A stretch of 60,000 bases of DNA from Laetmonice hystrix (taxonomy: Eukaryota): NCBI GenBank assembly GCA_965235115.1, contig OZ249436.1:30010001-30070000 (forward strand), given 5' to 3'. A program made the translations under genes and the position numbers. Position 1 is the stretch's first letter. Each line of letters opens with the position of its first letter. Below the pieces are notes generated by a model. That model was not told the origin of the DNA. It searched no databases and saw only the letters and a program-made list of their open reading frames with translations. Shown here piece after piece: positions 13,173-24,891 of the stretch.

Positions 13173-13718
13173 GTGGTTATGTATCCCGGGGACCCGGTCA
13201 GAGTTCTGATCGTGGGGGATTCTTACGTCCGACGTTTGGAGCAGTATACTCTAGACATCAGCCTAAGTAGCAGTTTTGGACTCACGGACGTCAATGTCGT
13301 ATTTGTTACATATCAGGAGAATCAGTCAGCAAATAGAAAATCAGTTGCTGGACTGGTTGCTAGAACATTAACCTCACCTCCTGGTGTTCCAGTTAGGACC
13401 AAATATCGGTGTAGCCATTTGGAGCCATTTGGAGCCTGGACTGTGGGCGACCAATTAATGCAGTTAGGTAACGTTAAACCTTTACGGGGTCCTAGAGGTA
13501 GTTTAGGCACAGCTTTCGACAGGAAAATTGAACCCTCCTTTCCCATCCAAAGTCTTTCAGCTAATAGGTGGATGAAAGGGGTCGCTGAGATGTCAGAAGC
13601 AATAACATATTGGAGACATCCGCGAACCTTTGGTGCAGTTGGGTTTTTGGGGGATGATGGCGTTCACTTGAATGACAGAGGGAATTGCAAATTGTACAAA
13701 AGCATACAGTCCTTGTAA
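13173..13718 (+). pseudogene. SGNH/GDSL hydrolase-like ORF of the YR retrotransposon
   Basis: Block I VLIVGDSYVRRL (catalytic Ser) and block V GDDGVHLNDRGN (DxxH); the middle of the ORF looks degenerate. Confidence 0.8.
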
Positions 13719-13899
13719 ACCAAGACCATCAAATCGTGGAAAACAAGATCTCGGCATTAATGGGAATGAATTCCTCTTCCTTATAACTGTCTTCAGTGAA
13801 ATGGATTGAGCTCCTTTTGCAGCTGAGGAAATATTGAGTATAAAATTGTCGTAATAAGCCTAATGTCTTGGTGTGATGTGTATGCTTCGAGGAAGGTGT

Positions 13900-14795
13900 T
13901 AGGGCAGCAGTGGCAGAAGTGATGCAGAGCGCTAGACTTCCGAAACCATCATCAAGAACAGGCCAGCGTGCGACGCCTTCACCAGCTCTGGGGGCGAGCC
14001 AGCCAGATGCTCCAGTAAATCTCGCAGTAGGTCCAGAGTCTCTGGAGATCGTGAGAAGTGTGTCAGAGAGGAGCTTGCAGGTACCGTTCCCTTTATTCTT
14101 GGGGATCCAGAGGTCAATACGCACCCAGGAAAAGTCCAGGCTGTCTTGAATACTGCCATGACTTTCCTTGTATCAGGAATCCCAGACTACTTGAAGAGAA
14201 AGATTTGGGAAGGAAAGTATGTGGAGTTGTCAACGTTGATCTTCAAACAGGAGTCAGTTTTAACATTCACTGTAAGATCGGGAGATTAAGACCCCCTCCC
14301 TTGCCGTCGGCCAGCGCCCCACAGCGTCCATTAGGTCGTTGCCCCAGTGGGATGGAGCATTTGCTAGGTTCCACGCTATTCTGATCACGCTATTCTGATA
14401 TTCTGTCAGAAGCACTCTTTGCGCAACAACATGTTAAGAAGATTGCCCGGGCAGTCGGGGAATGGATGAACTATGACGAGGAATACAGGAGAGCAATAGC
14501 AGATAGGGCAATAAAATGGGGTCAAATGAACTTAGATCTGTCGTTAGATGCTATGATCCTGTCGAGAGCCCATTACCTAGGGCAAGGTATAGAAGGTCAT
14601 GTTGGCCACTTATTTTGGGAAAGACATCCATAAAGGATTAGGTTTCTATTACACAGATCAGGAACCTGTCGGCTACGCTCTTGTAGATTCCTGCACAGAT
14701 GTCCGAAATGTGATGGAGAACACCCAGTGGCCTCATGCAAGCAGTCCCGGGGGAAACATCCAACCGCTCCCTGGTTGACGGAAACATCCAAGTAA
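13900..14795 (+). pseudogene. Gag-like ORF relic of the YR retrotransposon
   Basis: Fragments LKRKIWEGKYVELSTL (~14190), WMNYDEEYRRAIA..KWG (~14463) and zinc finger CRLRSCRFLHRCPKCDGEHPVASC (~14667-14740). Confidence 0.75.
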
Positions 14796-14879
14796 CTACC
14801 TGCAGCAGCGGGGTTACTCAGGATCTAGTTCAGGGCCTCTCGGAATACCACCAGTGGTCTTCCAACCCCTTATTTGCTT

Positions 14880-15814
14880 CCCTTTTTGAGACTATCGGGT
14901 TATCCGGAGATTGAGACAACGTACCTTAACTCAGGTTTTAAAGAAGGTTTTACATTAGGCTGCAATAAGTAGGAAAGAGTCTCTAACAAAGTCCGCAATC
15001 CACCTATGCCAAAAGTTGGAGGTCGTTATGAACAAGATGGAGGAGGAGATATCGTTGAGTCGTATTTTTGGTCCCTTTGACACTTCTCCATTTGGAAGTT
15101 TTCACTGCTCTTCAGTGCGCCTGCATCCTAAGGAAGTCCTTGGCGAATATCGGTTTATTCACAATATTTCACACCCCTTTTGGCAAGTCTACCTCGGTTA
15201 ACGCCAACATTCCAGCTTCAGGAAAAAGTGTTGTATGCATCGATGGATGACGCAGTAGATATTGTGAAGCAGTTGCCTCCCACTGCCTTTATGGCTAAAA
15301 CAGATATTAAATCGCCATGTGAAATAATCCCCGTTCATCCTAATGGCTATTCACCTGTTGGGGTTCCGATGGGGCAGAAAATGTAATGCAACTACTCTCG
15401 CTATGGGAGCAGCTTACTCTTTGCCATTTTTGAGAAGGTCAGTACAGCCTTACAGTTCTTAGCGAAAAACTATCTTAAGGCCTTTGCTTGTATGTACACG
15501 TATTGGATGATTTCCTGTTCATGGCCCCCTCTAGGAGGAGATGTAAACTTGACATGAATCGCTTCCTCGTGCTGTGTGAGCTGGGGGGTGTATGCATTGC
15601 ACATGAGAAGACGGAATGCCCTTCTCAGGTATTAGAGTTCTTGGGAATTACGATAAATATACCAGGGAGCTATTTATCTTTTCCTCAGGATAAGGTAGAA
15701 AAATGTCGCCAGAATATTCAATGGGCTTTATTGCGTCAGAAGGTGACCTTACAAGATTTCCAGAAGTTATTGGGGCATTTAAAATTTCGCACTCCGGGCA
15801 CTGGTTCCGGGTAG
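14880..15814 (+). pseudogene. Reverse transcriptase relic (DIRS/Ngaro type)
   Basis: GFKEGFTLG, EEISLSRIFGPF, EYRFIHNISHP, YASMDDAV..MAKTDIKS..IIPVHP, LAMG, HVLDDFLF, HEKTECPSQVLEFLGI; several frameshifts. Confidence 0.9.
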
Positions 15815-15865
15815 AGTATTTTTAACTTATCTGTTTGCTTGTAATACAGGGTTCGCATCACGCGT

Positions 15866-16400
15866 ATGGTCAAGGAGGACCTGATGATCTGGGGAAAGTT
15901 CTTGGATGGATTTAATGGACGGTCTTTCTTTCTGAGCGACTGCTTGGCATCTGACCCCGACATCCACTTTTACACAGATGCAGCGTTGACAGTAGGGTTT
16001 GGCGCATGTTGTGCGAACGAATGGACGTGTGGGGTATGGGTTGGCGACTGGATAGGACGGGATATCCTGGTCCTAGAACTGTATGCGGTTGTCTTAGCTG
16101 TAGCTATTTGGGGACCAGAGTTGGCAAATAGATCATTGTTACTACATATTGATAATTTAGCATTGGTCAATGTGATTACGGGGGATTATTCAAGGTCACA
16201 TAAATCCCACTACTTTGGGTTTTGTCAGTCTTGGGGCTTCATATAATTTGGTCTTGAGAGCAGCTCATATTCCTGGTATGTTCAACTCAGCAGTTGATGC
16301 ATTTTCTCATTCCGAAGTACAGGCCTTTCGCAAGTTATCGCCGCATGCGGCCTACCTGCCCCGCGACATTCCACAGTGGATCCATCCGTCGGAGTTCGAC
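15866..16400 (+). pseudogene. RNase H relic (DIRS/Ngaro type)
   Basis: FYTDAALTVGFGA, LELYAVVLAVAIWG, HIDNLALV, AAHIPGMFNSAVDAFS. Confidence 0.9.
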
Positions 16401-16419
16401 CCTTGGAGACAGAGAATAA

Positions 16420-17101
16420 CCTCATACCCTTGGTGAGAGCGGCCCTAATGCAGTCGCTGTCAACGTCCACATGGAAGGAGAGATTTGCACCATCCACGAT
16501 TAGGAGACATAATTCAGCGTTAGCCTATCTACACAAGATAAACGGATTGAAGGATCCAGCGAAATACCCGGTGGTCCAGACGATGTTAAAGGGCGTGGAA
16601 AAATGGGTGGGACACCGGATTCCCACCTCCCAACTACCCTGGAATTACTGGATTGTCTGTACGACAAGGCTGGCCAAGTAATTACGTCAGAGTACACAAC
16701 CTCTTTCATCCGGGCACTGACGTCCTTGGCTTTTTCAGATTAGGTGAATTGGTTAACGAAGGGTCAGGACAGGTAGTGCAACTTAGCGGATTTATCTTTA
16801 AACTGGGATATAGTAGGCTGTTCCAGTTTCTAAGACTTCCCTACATCCCCAACATATCACTAATTCAGCCTCCACGGCCCCTCTTTGTTGGACCGGGGCC
16901 TACCCTTAGACTCATGGACAATCAACAAGCTTGCTGAAATTTCTGTTTGCGCCCTATGGAATGGATTCTTCAAAGTTTCACAGTTTCCGCATCGGGGCAG
17001 CCTCAGAAGCGGCACGGTTGGGGTATTCAGACGCCCAGATTCGCCTGATGGGGCGCTGGTCATCTGACGCTTTCCGTCGCTATATTAGACTCCCTTTTTA
17101 A
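16420..17101 (+). pseudogene. Tyrosine recombinase relic
   Basis: APSTIRRHNSALAYLHKINGLKDP, GFFRLGEL (catalytic Arg) and HSFRIGAASEAARLGYSDAQIRLMGRWSSDAFRRYIR (HxxR, W, Y) at ~16979-17090; internally deleted and frameshifted. Confidence 0.9.
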
Positions 17102-17340
17102 GGTTGGGCCCGGGATGACCGTCCAGTCATCCGGTTGGCACTTCGGGCCCAGGAAATACAATAAAGAAGTATGATCTTAAGATGCAACCTTGCAATAGCA
17201 TAATTTCCTCATGTCCGCAGTGTCGGAGATGATATTGTATGTCATTTCTCTTACACCTTTTAGGTAAAATGGAATCGAAGTTAAATGAATTTTATATGGT
17301 GATAACCCAATAATTTAAGCGAAGTTAAATGAATTTATAT

Positions 17341-17504
17341 AGTGATAATAATATGATTTACGCTTTCCTCTGCCTGAGGCATCAGGGAGGAAACTTATCC
17401 CTTGAGACGTGAAATGTTTCGGTAGTGATAATAAAATGATTTACGTTTTCCTCTGCCTGAGGCATCAGCGAGGAAACTTGTCCCTTGAGACGTGAAATGT
17501 TTCG
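17341..17504. repeat. Tandem duplication of an ~82-bp hairpin-containing unit
   Basis: AGTGATAATA..TTTCCTCTGCCTGAGGCATCAG(G/C)GAGGAAAC..GAGACGTGAAATGTTTCG occurs twice. Confidence 0.85.
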
Positions 17505-18034
17505 TCACAGAAGTGGCAATTGTAGAAAATAAAACTTCTACAAAACGGAATAACGAGTGGCGTCCTGTGAAATACAGATTCTGTGAGAGTATCTGTGTGT
17601 GGCACTACTTGATGACGCACAATGAGGCGTTTGTTTACATGCGATATGCGTCGTCATTATAGGACTACTTCCCTGGGAGTGCGGGATGGGCTCATCCCAG
17701 CACTGGTGTCAACATTGTGTCGTCACATCAGAGTGCGAGAAAGGTTTAAAATGGACATAAATCTTGATTAATAATGCACTACAGTACTGAAACAAGCTTT
17801 ATTTTCTTCAAACATGAACAAAATAGGTTAGGTACGACTTTTAGCCCCCCTCCCTATATGTGGGCTTCTCATATTGTTCTCTGTCGCCTCTTAGCTTTCT
17901 CTCCAACAAATAATGGTGCGTTTCTGTTCCCTCGTCGGTATACAGGGTCTCTCAACAAAAAGTATACACTCGGAAAAATGAACAAGAAACGATCCTTTCA
18001 TATCAGCAAATCTGTCCAGACATATTGGTAGACA

Positions 18035-18215
18035 TGGGGTATGGGTATTTGGGGTTTTACGCCTTGCAACAGCCAGGGTCATATCACGACGGTGAAGATG
18101 ATGATGAAAGTCAGTTTTTCTTGGTGGAGGAAACCGGAGGACCCGCAGTTTCGTACACCTTGTTACAATTACCTTGCACACACAAGGTTTCAAAAAGGAT
18201 CACAGACCATGAGAG
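18035..18215 (-). mobile_element. SINE-like 3' fragment
   Basis: GGGTTTTACGCC..CAGCCAGGGTCATATCACGACGG..TTGGTGGAGGAAACCGGAG resembles the reverse strand of widespread invertebrate SINE cores/tails; a related stub lies at ~12215-12270. Recognised from memory only. Confidence 0.45.
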
Positions 18216-18460
18216 GCAAATTTAACATGTTTGTAAAAGGACAATTCTGGCCCAGAAAATTAAGTGTTTGGTGATGTGTGGTCATTGATGCTGTTAAATT
18301 TCCCAGTAATGCGAGTTGCATTGAAAATTCTATTATGATTGTTAGAAGCATGGATGCAGCGTCGTGATAGCAGCATTCATATTCGTACCAATTCTCCACC
18401 TATAACTAAGGAAATTGGTGCCGAGAAGTTAATGCGAAACTTTCCCACAGGATGCCATTA

Positions 18461-18632
18461 CAGGGCCGTAGGCTGGCCCTAATCCGTATACATATAGGGG
18501 GCAGTATAGGCCTGCCACGTGATAGCGCGTCACTGCGCCGGTCGAGCTGGTACGGGGTGTGGGTTTAAAAAAAATACAAAAACTGGAAATCCCAGGGGGG
18601 AGCTGCCCCCTCCCCCGCAGACTACGGCCCTG
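18461..18632. mobile_element. Small GC-rich MITE
   Basis: TIR CAGGGCCGTAG / CTACGGCCCTG; CATTA on both flanks. Confidence 0.6.
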
Positions 18633-19226
18633 CATTATACCTTCGGTTAATAGTGACACAATGGCATAACCTTTGTCTTTCACTGTTTAAGAACGCTTTA
18701 TGCAGTGGGGGATCCAGGGGGCCTGGGGGCCCGGACCTGGTACGGCATATAATATTGTCGACGTGCATAATATTGTCGCCGACGACAATATATGAAAACG
18801 TTCACATACTACTAGAGCGTTGGTACATGTAGCGGACTGCACCGGCGACAATATACCATGGCATAGCATGGCATTGTCGTACTCAACTTGCCAATCTGCG
18901 CAATGTGCCAGTAGCGTTCATTCAAATAGACCTAACCCTTGACTTACATTAACCCTCACCGAGGGACGTACAGGTAGCACCCGTATCTGCTGGTTTGCCT
19001 TTTTTAAATTTGACGAACCCCAAACGGGAACTATACCCACCCAATGCAGGTGTGCATTATACATCTCTGTTACTCTACCAGCGCTTCTTATTATGGCCGC
19101 AATCTAACACCAGACTGCATGGGTTTGTCACGGGTGTATTTCAATTAATATTGTTAATCAGCCCTAAATGATATAAAAAAATAATTGTACTATACAATCA
19201 GTTATATATGTACATGTACCAGCTAA

Positions 19227-19649
19227 ATCATCACAATCTACCATCAACCTCAGAATTTATCATCACAATCTACCATCAACCTCAGAACTTTATCATCACA
19301 ATCTACCATCAACCTCAGAATTTATCATCACAATCTACCATCAACCTCAGAACTTTGTCATCACAATCTACCATCAACCTCAGAACTTTATCATCACAAT
19401 CTACCATCAACCTCAGAATTTATCATCACAATCTACCATCAACTTCAGAACTTTATCATTACAATCTACCATCAACCTCAGAATTTATCATCACAATCTA
19501 CCATCAACCTCAGAACTTTATCATCACAATCTACCATCAACCTCAGAATTTATCATCACAATCTACCATCAACCTCAGAACTTTATCATCACAATCTACC
19601 ATCAACCTCAGAATTTATCATCACAATCTACCATCAACCTCAGAACTTT
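19227..19649. repeat. Tandem repeat, 31-32-bp unit, ~13 copies
   Basis: ATCATCACAATCTACCATCAACCTCAGAA(C)TTT repeated. Confidence 0.95.
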
Positions 19650-20063
19650 GTTCCGAGGTAGAAAACTACGTTTGCATCAGTTGTGTGTACTTGTGGACGG
19701 TCAACATAGTCTCGAGGCTATTCTATCATCACCATACAGCATCCGTTTATAAATGGGTATATGAAAGAAACATTATCATTAATAAACTTTTGATGGCTAT
19801 TTGAGCGCACACATATGGATGACCAAGGTAAAGACGGGGCCAAGCTTTCACTGCCAACGGCTTTCTTCAAGTGACTGCACACTACAATAGTTAAGATCCC
19901 ATTAGCATCCTACCTATGGCCGGCGTGTGATCAGCGTATGTCTGGCGTGTGAGTATAGCATATCTTCTGCCTATGGCAGGTGTGATGTGGTAAAGTGACC
20001 CCGTGGTAAAGTGACCCGGGGGTCAATTTACCACGTGGTAAATCGACCCCCGGGTCACTATCT

Positions 20064-22258
20064 ATTATAATTCAATAAAATTTCTCGTAATATAACTTCG
20101 TGATATTATCTCTTGTATGTTAAAGTTTCAGCTCAATAGCTTTGATATTAATCCCGTGGCGCTAAAAACAAAAATCAGTGTCTAAAAACACAATGCCGGA
20201 ATTAGGTCAAATATCATGCAGCTGCCAGGTGTCCAATTTGACACTTATTTGATGCACCGCATTGTACCTTGGGTAAAGAATTTTTCAATATTTAGTTTTT
20301 GCATGGTTTACAATATGTATAATGTTGTGAACCACTAGATATAATAAATTATGTGCTATTCCTAGTACTTCTAGAGAAACCCAGATGTTTAATTTGCCAA
20401 ACCCTACAGAGAAACTGCAACATTAGGACGATATGACTGTAACCAGAAGTTTAAGGGAAATCGTATCATTATCTACAGGGGCGCCGCTGCCTATTTCAAA
20501 GTGGGGGGGACAATCTTGGTGTGTTTGACCTTTTCCCCCCCGAGATTTATGTACCATAAGAATTGCAAAATAACAGTGTATTCACCCCCCCCCCCCCCAA
20601 GGGGCGGACCCAGGATTTTCTTTGCGGGGAGGGGGGGGGGGTGTCAGAAGGTGCCACGCGCCGAAAGGGGGGCGGGGCTCCGACTTTGGGAATATAAAAG
20701 GCCATCGGTGCTATTTCCCGGCTTCTCAGCATCAAACTAAAGAGCTTTCGGTTCCGCCCTTTTGCTCAAGATTAATGTATTAATCAGTGAGGGATTAATC
20801 AGGGGGCTTGCCCCCCCCCCCCCTTAGATCTTCCTTTTTTGTATGAAGATGTATTATACTATTAGTGCCTACAGTTACAATGAAATCATGCCGAGCGTAG
20901 CGAGGCAAAACTTTTTTTTTAGGTGGGCCCCACCTGGCCGTTGACATCACAAAAAACAGTATCAAGCAATATTTATCAGAAGCCAAAAAAGTCACACTAG
21001 GCCCAGTAAAAAGTGGTAAACCTCACTCATTATTTAAATACATTCACGCATGAGGTCTTTTTCTTCAAAATCAAATAGGAAGGCCCAACATGGGGGTGAA
21101 AAATGTTGACGGCCGCAGGCCTAACGCTGTCAGACAATAATTAAAGCGTGGCCTAGATTTCCTAGAGCTTAAGATTGACCTGAATATTCAGGTCTATGAG
21201 CTAAGCAAGAGACGGTACAGGGGCAGATCCAGCTTTTTCAAGTAGGGGGGGCAACGTTTTTAGGGACGCAACTGGTGTGACTGTACGAGCGCCGAAGGCA
21301 CAAAGCCTTGCTAGGGGGTCCGGGGGCATGCCCCCCCGGAAATTTTTCAAATTCAAGGTGTAATTTGGTGAAATCTGATGCATTTTGGAGCACAAAGCTA
21401 TTTAAAGACCAATGATGTCAAAAGTCTTATGTAGCCCTACAATGCCGTGAGGCGCCATGAACGGCAGGAGGGCGCCATGAAATATATATACATTTTAGGG
21501 GGGTCCAGACCCTATGTGACCCCCTACCCTGGATCCGCCAGTGTGGTAGGACTAAGGTACACAGGGAAGTTGCAGGGGATCTAGGCCGCGGTTAGGATAT
21601 TAATTATAGAACAGCAAAGCATAGACCTATCTCCTAAACACATGACATAGGCTTAGGCCTGCGAAGGCCAAGATTAAAAATGATGAAAATCTATCTTTAA
21701 TTTGCCTCCCATGGGCAATTCACCTTAAAAAGCTAGGCATAGGGAGTATAAGAAGACCTGTAGATCTATATATTAGGCCTAGCTTCAACTTCAAGGAGCC
21801 TTTGACCTTTTTAGGTCGCCAGCAAAAGTGGGGGGGGGGGACATGTCCCCCCCGTCCCCCCCGGCAGCGGCGCCCCTGTTATCACGTTTAGCAACACGTT
21901 CAGAACGCTGCTTATTTCCCAATAATGGGAAGATATTTCCCTATCAGAGATCAGGAAGTGCATTGGCTCATGGAAAAAGAGACTGAGAGCAGTATAGAGT
22001 GAAAACAGGGGACCGATTGACCACCTACTCTAGTGTGAGGCCAGGGACTCCACTCGCTTTAGCCCGGCATTGCGCTTTTGTACAATGATTTTTGTTTTTA
22101 GCGCTACGGGAATACTATCCAAGCTATTGAGTTGTAACATTAACAACTAAGAGACAACATCATGAAGTGATACTAAGAAAAGTTTCATTGAATTACAATC
22201 AATACTTTTTGAAATATTGGAGTTTAAAGTTCGGGGCGTTTTTTTTATCCACCCGATA
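20064..22258 (+). mobile_element. Tc1/mariner-derived non-autonomous element, copy 1 (5'-truncated, interrupted by 20476-21878)
   Basis: Co-linear with copies at 32497-33354 and 35431-36348; right TIR AAAGTTCGGGGCGTTTTTTTTATCCACCCGATA followed by TA. Confidence 0.85.
20476..21878. mobile_element. hAT-like non-autonomous element (CAGGGG termini), with a nested GC-rich MITE at ~21218-21543
   Basis: Perfect 16-bp TIR CAGGGGCGCCGCTGCC / GGCAGCGGCGCCCCTG. The empty site ATCATTATCACGTTTAG is visible in the 32497 copy. The TSD (TTATC..) is imperfect. Confidence 0.8.
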
Positions 22259-22281
22259 TATTATATATAATATATTAGTCC

Positions 22282-22978
22282 AATAGGGCGCCGAAGTCTC
22301 GCGGCACCGTTATGGATTTTCTGGATAGGAGGTACAAATGGAGCGTCAATGTTGACACCCAAATGTTACGTCACAAATTTCCCATTGGTTTAACATAGGA
22401 GAAGAGACATCGTTCCAAAGATCGGCCTAGTCTTGAAGAGTTTTGTGTTCTTATGTATCAAAATTATCTATTCAAGCACACAACAGGTTGATACAAGCGT
22501 GAGCGATAATAGGGGGTTTAAGTCTCGTGACCTGGATATGCAAATGACGTTAAATAGCCTCAAACCAGCTCACGATAGCGCCGAAAGTGCGCCAAGCGAT
22601 TGTGACGTCAAAAATTTCCCCATAGGATTAACATTGACAGGGCCGACAGGTTCACAAAAACCAGCCTGTATATTCACAATCTAACTTTCTAAACTATAAA
22701 ACAAACTTTATCCTAGAGTAAACATCCCGGTAATCATGTATTGTAACGCTCAACATTAACAGCGACTTGACTGCAGAATGAAACTATTTCAAAGTTGACT
22801 GTCACTGTTCCCTATGGCCATCCCAATGTTAAACCAGCGAGGCTATCTGCTCCTTGTCCCGCTAACGCGAAATCTCTTGAATTCTCGTGACATACTTAAA
22901 CGCCCTATGAAGTGTCACCAAACCCGACTTTTATCGCGTTGTAACGCAACATCTCGTGACCTACTTCGGCGCCCTATT
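22282..22978. mobile_element. ATAGGG-family MITE, complete copy
   Basis: TIR AATAGGGCGCCGAAGT / ACTTCGGCGCCCTATT. Confidence 0.8.
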
Positions 22979-23160
22979 AAACAGAATTAATGAGTCCGGG
23001 CTCGGGTGCCATATCAGTCATTTATCGTCCGCCGGTTTAGGTTTCGCCGATGATGTCAGCCTTCTCTCCCCGTCTATACAAGCTCTTCAGGAACTACTAC
23101 GTATTTGCGAAGGATATGCCAACGAGTACAATGTTACCTTCAATGCAAAAAAGACTAAGA
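22979..23160 (+). pseudogene. Non-LTR (RTEX-like) reverse transcriptase fragment
   Basis: NRINESGLGCHISHLSSAGLGFADDVSLLSPSIQALQELLRICEGYANEYNVTFNAKKTK, containing the (Y/F)ADD catalytic motif. Confidence 0.85.
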
Positions 23161-23653
23161 CGTAATATGCAGGGGGACTGCCCCCATTGCCCTGCCCCCC
23201 CCCCTCCGTGGATGCCCACGCGCTAACTACTCATGGGGTATGATGGGACAGTTACCCATTGTGGCCCATAAGCCACTGTCCCATTATGCCCCACCCTTAA
23301 CGTCACAAAGATGTCCTCTTCCCGCCAGAGTAGATGATGCATCACGAGCTACGTAATGAATGTTTACTCTATAATGCCGACACTAACTGTTGGTGTGAGA
23401 ATAGTCAGTCATTCTTAGTTCTAGAGACTCAGGGGGTGTTAAGTATTTACCTGGCGGAAGTTTGGGTGCCAAGAATTCCAGGTCTGTAGATGATTACAGA
23501 TAAATGTGGGTCTGACGTTCGGATCCGTCAACACCAATATGTCTTCCATGAAGGCTGTGACAACTATAGGGAATCCCAGCCCCATCTGATGGAAAGTGTA
23601 GGAGCTAGAGCCATATATCCCTTCATGCCCCGAGTCCCGCCATGCCCCGCTTT

Positions 23654-24418
23654 CCCCTATATGTGTATATCTATGTATGTCATTACTGTAAACCTTATTA
23701 TCTCTGTATGTTAGTATAGTTCCCGTTTATATTCCCTTAAGGATGGGCGGCTTGGATGTTATGTATATATTTAATCATGTAGTTGCTGGAGTATTGGGTT
23801 CCCTTAAGTCGGATGCGGGTACGGGCTGGATCCGGGGATGCTCGGGCCGTCACCTCCCAAGTTGTATAACGGTTGTATCGATACCGTTGTCATGGTGAGT
23901 TGAGACCGGCACGTACCCAGCATCCTCCGTCCGTGTTGGCCTCCATGGCGGACCCCCAGCTGGGCGGGCGGTGTCACTATAGGAGCCGCGGGATCCGGAC
24001 ACTGACCGACCGGTGAAACGATGTCATCTTGTGGGTCCGTGTCGGTGACCGCAGCCACCGGGTCCACTGCTGGCAGAGCGGAGGGGGTGGAGTTCTGGGC
24101 CGGAACGCTGACACGGACGGCGTTTCGTATATATAGGGGCACCGAATATTCACTATTTCACTTATTGACGACTTCACCTATTGACTTAGTCACTTAGTAA
24201 TCAGCCGGTTTCTCAGTATTGTCAGTTAGCATGAGGTTCAGCCTCTAGGCTAGTAGAGTATCCCGCGATACTCTATATCATGTATCATGTCGTCTGAAAA
24301 TACAATTATCATCACCGCCAGCCATCGTTGACTTATCTTCACTGGGGTACATGGTACGGTAAGTCCCCCGTCTCCCTCCTACCTACGACCGCCGCCTCTC
24401 CAGGGTGGGTCCACAACA
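23654..24418 (+). repeat. 5' LTR (first ~50 bp missing)
   Basis: Matches ~29451-30232 with about a dozen substitutions and three small indels (counted by eye); ends ...CCACAACA. Confidence 0.92.
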
Positions 24419-24422
24419 TATT

Positions 24423-24440
24423 TGGTGACCGCGATGGGAC
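24423..24440 (+). promoter_or_regulatory. Primer binding site, tRNA-Arg-like
   Basis: TGGTGACCGCGATGGGAC 4 bp after the LTR; complementary to a 3' end GTCCCATCGCGGTCACCA resembling tRNA-Arg acceptor/T stems. The tRNA identity is inference. Confidence 0.7.
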
Positions 24441-24891
24441 AGTCTTTTTGACGGCACTGCGTGGCGCTGCAGTGTGGCTATAGGGCCTACACACTCCACG
24501 TGGTGCTGGATCTCATGACTGTCCAGTACACGGACTCCCAACCATGAGAGGCACGTTGGTCGTTTCTGTGACGGACTACAGACGTTTGCAACGGAGGGTA
24601 GGAAGCAGTAGACGCACGGTCATGACGCTGGCTATAACCATTGAGGGGACGGACTACATTGGCTACACCCGCGCAGACAACGCTAGTTCTGGTAGCAAAG
24701 GATCAATCAGGTGTGCAGGTGATCAACCCGGTTATGTTCAGGCCTGAGGAACAATAAGGTAGAGTGCGCTAGTTGTTTATGTAAGACGAGGATCAGTCGA
24801 AATAATTTGGAAGGTGCGACGGAGTTAGGATGGCGAAAGGGTTGGCCCAGGTTCAGGAGAGGCGGTTTGCCGAAACCAAATTGGAAAGGCA

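Larger units (their letters stand above)
13173..17101 (+). mobile_element. Decayed tyrosine-recombinase retrotransposon (Ngaro/PAT-like, DIRS order)
   Basis: Co-linear SGNH - gag - RT - RNase H - YR motifs, broken by stops and frameshifts. No DIRS1-type methyltransferase seen. Terminal repeats not resolved. Confidence 0.9.

Noticed and set aside
17341..17504. Minus-strand hammerhead-like CTGATGC-stem-GAAA
   Set aside because: The core deviates from CUGANGA and no stem I complement follows the putative cleavage site.
19208..19804. 198-aa ORF
   Set aside because: Translation of the 31-32-bp tandem repeat.
23804..24177. Minus-strand ORFs duplicated at 29611-29984
   Set aside because: They lie inside the GC-rich LTRs and are duplicated only because the LTR is; no domain recognised.
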